Origin: Tubiluchus corallicola
Taxonomy: Eukaryota > Animalia > Priapulida
Length of the DNA: 33,575 nucleotides
Assembly: GCA_030141605.1 (NCBI GenBank)
Contig: JAQGDQ010001589.1
Span: 1-33,575, forward strand
Reading direction: 5' to 3'
Under the pieces are notes generated by a model. That model was not told the origin of the DNA, ran no database searches, and worked only from the letters and a program-made list of their open reading frames with translations. The translations under genes were made by a program, and so were the position numbers. Below are positions 24,760-33,575 of this stretch, piece by piece. How positions within the stretch are numbered: position 1 is the first letter of the stretch; every line of letters starts with the position of its first letter.

Positions 24760-24935
24760 CCACATAACCATTCACAGCACAAGCACTTTGCGATCTCCGC
24801 GGAACGACAGAGTCCACTTCATCAGCTGACCGTCCGGGACGTGGAAGAGTGGAAGAGGAAGAATGCATCTCGGATCGCAGTCGACGCTTGGCCTGAATGA
24901 CTGGATTCTCATATTGCGTTTTACGGTGGACATGG
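24760..24935 (-). CDS. MAGI: MAGI-family exon: second half of WW2 and linker
   Basis: (D)HVHRKTQYENPVIQAKRRL...VNGYV(G), matching the MAGI WW2 motif HINRKTQYENPV. Acceptor cattttag, donor G|gtaagt; 176 nt, phase 2-1; in frame with 7547-7735. Confidence 0.93.
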
Positions 24936-25076
24936 CTAAAATGTGTAGAAAACCTTGACATACGGACCCCTTATAAATACTTCAGACTAGAAAACTGTAT
25001 TATCAATGAGAAATGCCCACTCATTCCTTTTCACTTTTAAGCTGCCTAGTTTAATAATTATGTCCAGATCAATTAA

Positions 25077-25527
25077 CCCTTTCATACCCGTTGTATCCCG
25101 TGGGATACGAGAATATTTTCTGCCTTTAAAATTAATAAAATGTTAAAACTGAGAGTTATTTGATCTGTTAATAGTTATTTTGATTTAAACCAATAACAAC
25201 AGACTAAAAATGGTGATAAAATGGCAAACTAGAAAATCTACATAGCATAAAAAACTGCACAAGGTTAGAGATGACTTTGTACAGATCAGCATAGCGTGCA
25301 TACTAAATGTCTTAAATACTTTAAAAAATATTTAAAGCAGTTGCAAAATGAAGCAGATTTTTTGCTTCCATTGAATCCCAATGTATCTTGTGAGATACAG
25401 GCTATATTTAGCACGCGGGCACAGGTAGAAAAAAATAATTATTATATGTAAACAAGATGGACAAACTGAACAAAAGTACCATGCCAAAAAAAATTTCTTA
25501 TTAAAAAATAATTTGGGACTGAAAGGG
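25077..25527. mobile_element. piggyBac-type MITE
   Basis: TTAA at both flanks (25073-25076, 25528-25531); TIRs CCCTTTCATACCC ... GGGACTGAAAGGG; internal palindromes GTATCCCGTGGGATAC and TGTATCTTGTGAGATACA. Confidence 0.88.
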
Positions 25528-25581
25528 TTAAATAATTCTCAGCTATTGCAAATGACCAGCTTGGTTAAAAGCAGTACTTAC

Positions 25582-25639
25582 TCAATAAAGTACTCTCCAT
25601 ACGATGGATCTGACACTTTTTCCCAACCATAAGGCAATT
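25582..25639 (-). CDS. MAGI: MAGI-family exon: first half of WW2
   Basis: (E)LPYGWEKVSDPSYGEYFI(D). Acceptor cattacag, donor GA|gtaagt; 58 nt, phase 1-2; not in the ORF track. Confidence 0.93.
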
Positions 25640-25750
25640 CTGTAATGTAACATAAAAAACACACACATCTAAGTACTAATAAGAAACAAAACCATGCATA
25701 TGCCATAGATTACTTAAAAACACTTACAATATACCACTTCGTCCACAAGT

Positions 25751-26519
25751 AGCAAAGTGTTGAAACAACCACATGAGTTAACACAAAGCTAAGTCAGGTA
25801 ATGTAAGATATGTGTTATGTTCACACGTGAGTAAGTTTATGATACATTGTTCTGTTTCTTCACATGACGTCAAACTCAGCAAAGTGCTGAAACAACCACA
25901 TGAGTTAACACAAAGCTAAGTCAGGTAATGTAAGACATGTGTTATGTTCACACATGAGTAAGTTTATGATACATTGTTCTGTTTCTTCACATGACGTCAA
26001 ACTCAGCAAAGTGCTGAAACAACCACATGAGTTAACACAAAGCTAAGTCAGGTAATGTAAGATATGTGTTATGTTCACACATGAGTAAGTTTATGATACA
26101 TTGTTCTGTTTCTTCACATGACGTCAAACTAAGCAAAGTGCTGAAACAACCACATGAGTTAACACAAAGCTAAGTCTGGTAATGTAAGATATGTGTTATG
26201 TTCACACATGAGTAAGTTTATGATACATTGTTCTGTTTCTTCACATGACGTCAAACTCAGCAAAGTGCTGAAACAACCACATGAGTTAACACAAAGCTAA
26301 GTCAGGTAATGTAAGATATGTGTTATGTTCACACATGAGTAACTTTATGATACATTGTTCTGTTTCTTCACATGACGTCAAACTAAGCAAAGTGCTGAAA
26401 CAACCACATGAGTTAACACAAAGCTAAGTCAGGTAATGTAAGATATGTGTTATGTTCACACGTGAGTAAGTTTATGATACATTGTTCTGTTTCTTCACAT
26501 GACGTCAAACTAAGCAAAG
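25751..26519. repeat. 127-bp tandem repeat, 6 copies
   Basis: Units start at 25751 and 25878 onward with period 127; a partial seventh begins at 26513. Confidence 0.96.
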
Positions 26520-26880
26520 AACGTAGACTTTTTGCACGGTAAAATCATAACAATGTTTTCAATATGAAGATTCTCCGAGTTTAACCTGAAAGGACTTATG
26601 CCACACTCAAGTTTGCGTTATAAGCGTACACTGACATCAATGTTGTACACTTGAAAGAGTAAAGAAAATTCTGCCAACTTTACAGTATTAGATCAACCCG
26701 AACTCTGAACGCTTGAGTTTGATTTCACTAAAACAGTCCTAAGAGGCGTTTCAAAGAGATGCAAGCGTACTTTCTCTAGCAGTACATCTAGAGAGATGGT
26801 GACGCAGCTCAATGCGAAGAATCTTCTAGCAGAAGTCAGTTAAATTAATAGGAACTCAATCCTGTCACTGAATAAATTAT

Positions 26881-27225
26881 TTGTTGACGTCATTAGGCCA
26901 CAAAGCACCCCGTTCTCACAGCTACAGGAATTTCGACTGCAAAACGCCAGATTACAGATCAAACTGTTGCAAACGCCCTCCTTGGAAAAACCTTATCAAA
27001 TGGAAAATCCTTATCAAAATCGTGGAATTTTACTTAGAAACAACAGAGAACATTGGGAGAACATATTCTGTTTGGACTGCTATAGACTATCATAATAGCC
27101 TAGTAGTGAAAAGCGCGTTAGTAAGAGCCTCGCTTGAGGTCAAAGCTCTAAAGCCTAAAGAATGTGCGGCTTTTACTGTGAGCAGAATACTAAAGAACAC
27201 CGGCATCCAAAGAAATCCAATTTGA
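26881..27225 (+). pseudogene. Possible decayed Tc1/mariner-like transposase N-terminal (HTH) fragment
   Basis: Weak resemblance only: KIVEFYLETTENI and FTVSRILKNTG recall Tc1 paired-like HTH motifs. No DDE domain or TIRs seen. Confidence 0.25.
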
Positions 27226-27459
27226 ACCGCGAAGTTACGAGAAACGCAAGCGAATGACGGGATTTTCCTTATCCACGATACCCAATTGATAAGAGGGCTA
27301 TACGTGATATTGATTAATAGTGACGAAGTAATGGTAACGGCAAACACAATTGCGACACGTACGACGATGGAAATGACACGGCAACTGCAGAAAAAATGAT
27401 TAGCTTGTCTCATCCAAGAAAATCACAGCCATGGTGTGGATAACAGATCGTATCTTCAG

Positions 27460-27819
27460 TAGGGATGAGCATCGAACGTTCGAGTCCTTTTTTTAGTTCG
27501 AACTCGATTCGAATCCAAAACTATAGATTCGAATAATTCAGCACTTCAGTCACATATATTCCTGATCATTAAAACGATTGAAACATCATGCAATTAGCGT
27601 AATTTAGCTGTGATTTCTGCACACAACTTTAAACAAATTACTAGTCGTTTTATTGCAGAACAAAATTACTGGTGGTTCGAAAAATTGTTCGAAAATCGTT
27701 CAATCTCAATTCGAATTCGGTTCGAATTCGACACACTGAAGTTCGGTTCGATTCGAACTCGGAAGTCACAAATTCGGTTCGATTCGAATACGCTTTCTGG
27801 TAGAGAATGCTCACCCCTA
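27460..27819. mobile_element. hAT (Ac-like) MITE
   Basis: TIRs TAGGGATGAGCAT ... ATGCTCACCCCTA; perfect 8-bp TSD ATCTTCAG; many subterminal TTCGAA motifs. Confidence 0.92.
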
Positions 27820-28364
27820 ATCTTCAGGTGCAGTTCTTAACCAATCTTTCGTTGCAGTACAATGAATTAGCTTAACACTGTGGAAGCTGTAAGTCACAAT
27901 CACACACAAGGATGATGCTAGACCTACAAACAGTTTTTTTCTTAACAATGAATCACAATTTCATTAGGAAGGTAAACTTGTCACACAAAAAATCCCAGAC
28001 AGAGCAATAGAGAAACCTTGTCTAAACACGAAAATCTTCATCCACGACTTCCGGGTGACAGTCGCTAGCCAATCAGTGCAACTGAAGCTGTGGCTGAGTG
28101 CAGCAGCTGTGTCGCCACGGCAACCGTGCCCACGAGAACGCGCGCGCCTAGAAAAAGTTCGAGTATCGATTAGTGGTTTCATTGATGACTGGCCCCCGTT
28201 GACCCCCTGGCTTCATACACGCAATGGCTGATTAGGCAACCATTGTGATGTGAACTGACAACAGCAATAATTCACCAGCAATAAACGCAAGAAAGGATAA
28301 CGCCTAAAAAAGACGCTCGTCGATTCAGACAGTGTCGCTTCTGGTACTAGGAAAGCATTACGGG

Positions 28365-28791
<427 letters not shown>

Positions 28792-29190
28792 ATTACAGGA
28801 TCATTTCATTTGCGCCCAAAATAACTTTTTACAATATAAACAGTTATTTGGTTGAAACATAAATTTTCGCTATAATAAATTAACAAAACCAGTTAAGAGA
28901 CATTTATAAGAGGAGTTCATTTCCTGCTCAAACCTAGCAGCAATGAAATCAAGCAGGTATTGTTGCTCACTGCATCTATTGCGGTCATCCAATTCATTCT
29001 TAACCATTGTCAGGCTCCCATCCACAAAATAAATCAGAGTTCAGATAGCTAACACAGCACCTCACTCGCTATTAGTCATTAAACCATACCTCACTTTTGC
29101 AAAAAACGAATTAGATACAGATATGTTAGGGTGGACGAAAAGGTCAAGGTCAACCCAAGGTCAACATAAAAGGGTAAACAAAAAGCCTAC

Positions 29191-29342
29191 CTGAATCATC
29201 CGAGTCATATTCAATGTAGATACAATCTAAACAGCTATGATGATATCCAATGTCATATTCATCTTCCTCAAAAGGTTCAAGCTCGGCAGTGCATGGTCGA
29301 CAAACCATAATCAAAAGCAGCAAACTTGACAATGCATGGCTC
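29191..29342 (-). CDS. Candidate alternative MAGI exon (acidic, Cys-rich), upstream of WW2
   Basis: Acceptor cctttgtttttgccctcttag, open frame SHALSSLLLLIMVCRPCTAELEPFEEDEYDIGYHHSCLDCIYIEYDSDDS, donor G|gtaggc. The phase-1 end completes the Glu codon of ELPYGWEK. No transcript evidence. Confidence 0.45.
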
Positions 29343-31414
29343 CTAAGAGGGCAAAAACAAAGGCACCTGGCGGCCCTAAATGGGATTTCTCAGTAATAGC
29401 TAACTGCAGTGCATCCACTTAGTTATTTATTCCGGCTTTTTTCTATAAAAAGTACAACATGTACAAAAGTACAACACAAGTACAATCTAATGAAGTTGTA
29501 TTTGACCAGAGATTTTCTCAAGACCTCTTTGGAAAGTTCAGTCCATACTCAAGTTGCTGCACTTCCCAGTCAAAAGATAGAATTAGTAAAGATGTTCCAT
29601 CTTCCACTCGCTCTGGTACTTCTTTTATCACACGAAGGCGAAGGGGTTCAATTCGCCCAGTTGCCAAGGACGCCACGTAGAAACCAGCGAGGTAAGCGTG
29701 TTCTAGTGAAACTATACACCATTGATCTGCTGTAGAATGAAGTGAATTTACCTCCCACAACACTTTATTAATAAACAAGTGTTCGTACTTATGCGAGGTT
29801 CACCAAGCAAAGTGTTGTTGAATTTCAACAAGTTTTGATCTTTTAATGAACGGCATTCTTCGCTTTTTAGTCTTGCTACATTTTCTAGCAGTATAGATTT
29901 AAACCATAAACAATGGTAATACTCGCGTTAAGGCAGACTAGAACAACAGCAGTTTAACCACGTGATAGCATAGAAGCTAATTCACATCATGTATGATAGT
30001 ATAAAATGTCAATAAAACATTCCGAGTAAGCTTTAGAATTATTTGCATCTAATGACATTAAAAGCAAATTCACTATTTAGTGCACTATCATCAACCATCA
30101 ATGGTAAATCACCAATTTCGTAAAATTTACATTTGCAACTACTGCCGTATTTAACGTCACAGGCAACAAAACGTGATGAGCACAAAACGAGCAAATGTCA
30201 AGAGTTCGCAACACCCAATCAGACACAATAGGATAAGAGACTCAAGCCGAGTGAGTAAAAGTCAATGGCTGACTTCACTAACAAACTCACTAAATAGATG
30301 ACAAAACAGTTTAAACTCCGACGCATGCATGAACAATCTCGGATTTGCCGGCAGCGCTTCGGCTGGGATTTCCGGATTTCGACTCCCTCTGGTGACGGTA
30401 ATTTTTTCCATTTATTAATAGCTAGACGATGCAAACAAACCGGCAAAATGCCTTCAGCAATGGAGCCTCTGTCCTATCGAGGGAGAGAACATGTCTGGTG
30501 TAAACCAACTAATTCCTAGTCAATTTAGTAAAAACATCTTAACACAGAATGTTAAAAAAATTGGTAAAATGTACAAAATATGTTTCCAAAAAACACGTAC
30601 AAAAACATACAGGCAAAGCCCTGTCGAAAGAGTAACTATAACGAAATAATGATTAAAGCAGCATTATTCCCCACCCCTATGAGAACGTAGGTAATTCGAA
30701 CAACCCTATTCGCATACTAGAATTAGATGTGTAATTATAGGCAGTCAGAAGTTATGTACGACACGTCCACCTTACTAACTTAGCAATTTTTTCTCGTTGT
30801 TTTCGCATTACAAGTTCAAAGTTGGTGTTAACAAAGCGCAATTATTGGCAGAAAGCGGCTGTAGGCACAAAGTGATTTGAATTAAACTAATAACCCAATA
30901 GTGGCGACCGCTGCATGGCGATTACGTCACAATTGAGTAATAATGGAATACAACGAAAGAATAATGAATTCCAAAATGTAAGATAAATTACCTTCCGGTA
31001 TAATTTCCGTTCTTCGTCAATCGAATTAATGTAATCTAATCATTCCAAGGAGAGAATAGTGAACCTTGGACGGATGCCAGAAGCCAGGCGGAGAAATGCG
31101 AAGAAATATGAATAGAATTATTCAGGTAGCGCTACTAGGGCAAACACCAACCCAGCTGTGGAATATGACTCGCATCAATAACGTTTAAAAGTTAGTGGGA
31201 AGCAAAGAGATTGCCGAAGCCCCATTTATAGGTGCAGCATTGGATTGGAAGTTAATTAGGTAAGACAGGCAGACCTGCAGTTTCACGACTTATTTCTTAT
31301 AAACAACAACACAGGTATTAAAAATACGACTTTACTAACAAAATTCAGAGTAACAAAATAACTATACACAAGACTCTATATAATAGGATAACAAAAAAGA
31401 AACAAGGCGTCATA

Positions 31415-31471
31415 AAGTAAGTGAGTGAGTGAGTGAGTGAGTGAGTGAGTGAGTGAGTGAGTGAGTGAGTG

Positions 31472-31547
<76 letters not shown>

Positions 31548-31560
31548 GGTAAGTAAGTAG

Positions 31561-31657
<97 letters not shown>

Positions 31658-31668
31658 AAAGTAAGTAG

Positions 31669-31741
<73 letters not shown>

Positions 31742-31970
31742 AAAGAAAGTAAGTAGGTAAGTAAGTAAGTAAGTAAGTAAGTTAAGTAAGTAGCAAGTAA
31801 ATAAGCAAGCAATTCATTTATCACAAAAACAGAACATGTAACAATAAGATAATTAAATACCGGATAGTAATGATTTATATAGAAAAATAACATAAACAAT
31901 TATAACATATAATGTTAGTTGGTAAATATATGGCGAAATAACTGGAAAGTTATCGGGGTCAGCCACCCAA
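31415..31970 (-). mobile_element. LINE-like 3' end with long (TTAC)n/(TCAC)n microsatellite tail (31415 to about 31800)
   Basis: 31931-31968 is homologous to 5875-5911; the + strand reads (GAGT)n then (AAGT)n. Confidence 0.65.
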
Positions 31971-32235
31971 GCAAACTAAAAGTTATTTCTAAACTCGCAT
32001 ACGTATATTTTCTAATTTGTCGTATAGTTTCAAAGTAATTCTTCAAATAGGTAAAAACATGGGTTAGTAAAATAGTTTTCTTATATTTTCTTTTACGTTG
32101 ACCGTTTCTATATTTTCTCCTTATTTTTAGCTCCCCTTACTTTTAAAACCCAAGTGCGGTCGGAGCCGTAAAGGAGGAGCATGCCAGCAGTTGAAAATTA
32201 GACCTACAGAAGTTTGAAGAAACGGCCGAATGCAT

Positions 32236-32630
32236 AACTCTTTTTATTACGTAGGTAAGCTACGTCATAATGGGTTAAGGGACGCAGAGACAAACTCTTT
32301 TTATTACGTAGGTAAGCTACGTCATAATGGGTTAAGGGACGCATAACTCTTTTTATTACGTAGGTAGGCTACGTCATAATGGGTTAAGGGACGCAGAGAC
32401 AAACTCTTTTTATTACGTAGGTAAGCTACGTCATAATAGGTTAAGGGATGCAGAGACAAACTATTTTTATTACGTAGGTAAGCTACGTCATGATGGGTTA
32501 AGGGATGCAGAGACAAACTCTTTTTATTACGTAGGTAAGCTACGTCATAATGGGTTCAGGGATGCACAGACAAACTCTTTTTATTACGTAGGTAAGCTAC
32601 GTCATAATGGGTTCAGGGATGCACAGACAA
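32236..32630. repeat. Palindromic minisatellite of about 57 bp, about 7 copies
   Basis: Unit AACTCTTTTTATTACGTAGGTAAGCTACGTCATAATGGGTTAAGGGACGCAGAGACA. Confidence 0.95.
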
Positions 32631-33514
32631 CAAACAGCAACTGATTTGGTTGAAGAGCAACTATTCTGCACAGTGCTGTGGCATTACAGTCCTGTAAATT
32701 TTTGTGAAAGCAAAGAAATTTAACTGTGCACTTGAGAAGGCATGGAATTAATCGCCTGAGTATACAGCAAAGATTGGCAGGGTAACTATTTGTATAGATG
32801 GATTTTTGTATTAATGAAAGCCATTTTTCAAGTCTTTTTGTATTAATGGACACCATTGCCAAGTGTTTTAGTAAAAATTGGACGCCATTTCTGAGTATTT
32901 TGCATAATGGGTAGCAGTGATTGATCCTCACCTGCGAAATGGGTGATCTTGACAGAAAATAATCAAAACAGAACAAGACAGGTCTTGGTTACATTTGAAG
33001 CTCTGGTATATACAGGATTCATTGACGAAAGTAATAAAATAGTACAGCATTTATCAGACTAGCACTAACGCGCAAATCCCAGGGCAGTATTTCTCTCGAT
33101 ACCACCAACAGGTGAAGAATGGAAAATACCGAAAGAGACGCACGCTGTCCTCCATTACACTTTAAATTTTAAACTAAAAGCTATTGGTCAACGAACTCTA
33201 CTGACGGAATGGATCTCATTTAAAATTCTGCAACATCATGTGCAGCAATCATTACAAGGTAATAATGATGGCATAGTTACAATCTAATTGCACTGTAATT
33301 ATTCGGGTAATGTAATATAGTGTTGCTCTGAAAGCTAATTATACATGTGAGAGCATTTGAAATTCCAAAGTAAGTGGTTTTAGTTGACGTAAACAGGCAG
33401 TTTGGAGGTTCAGTATGCATAAAGGCGTGTGCACACCACATTCTACAGCACGTGCCACATGTCACACGAACACAGTCATTAATAAAAGTTAGTTAATTGA
33501 AGAGACATTATTAT

Positions 33515-33575
33515 TAGTAGCAGTAGTAGTAGTAGCAGTAGTAGTAGTAGCAGCAGCAGCAGTAGCAGCAGCAGC
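33515..33575. repeat. (AGT/AGC)n trinucleotide repeat running off the window
   Basis: Direct reading of the sequence. Confidence 0.95.

Noticed and set aside
29409-29778. Three overlapping ORFs on both strands
   Set aside because: No recognisable domain and no convincing acceptor-donor pair in MAGI orientation; they could be UTR of an internal first exon but this is unsupported.
31345-31899. 184-aa (LLTY)n ORF
   Set aside because: It is a translation of the (TTAC)n microsatellite.
32602-32976. 124-aa minus-strand ORF with CAG|GTGAG near 32930 as a MAGI WW1/GuK exon
   Set aside because: No WW or guanylate-kinase motifs in the frames I read; upstream MAGI exons probably lie beyond the window.

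Overview
AT-rich, repeat-rich animal (invertebrate-like) genomic DNA, not prokaryotic. The window lies inside a large minus-strand MAGI-family scaffold gene. Four phase-compatible GT-AG exons encode the second WW domain, PDZ1 and PDZ2, and both ends of the gene appear to lie outside the window. An intronless ionotropic-receptor (iGluR/IR-like) ORF is on the + strand at the left edge, probably nested antisense in a MAGI intron. The 17-kb intron between the WW2 and PDZ1 exons is almost entirely one complex rearrangement of the form a-b-c / inverted b / a-b-c (DUP-TRP/INV-DUP). Within it, a 72-bp satellite has about 11 units in one copy and about 59 in the other. The other introns hold hAT and piggyBac MITEs with target-site duplications (one nested in another), 5'-truncated LINE remnants, minisatellites (48, 57, 67, 103 and 127 bp) and microsatellites. 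An acidic, Cys-rich candidate exon at 29191-29342 would splice in frame onto the WW2 exon. All coordinates and copy counts were read by eye.
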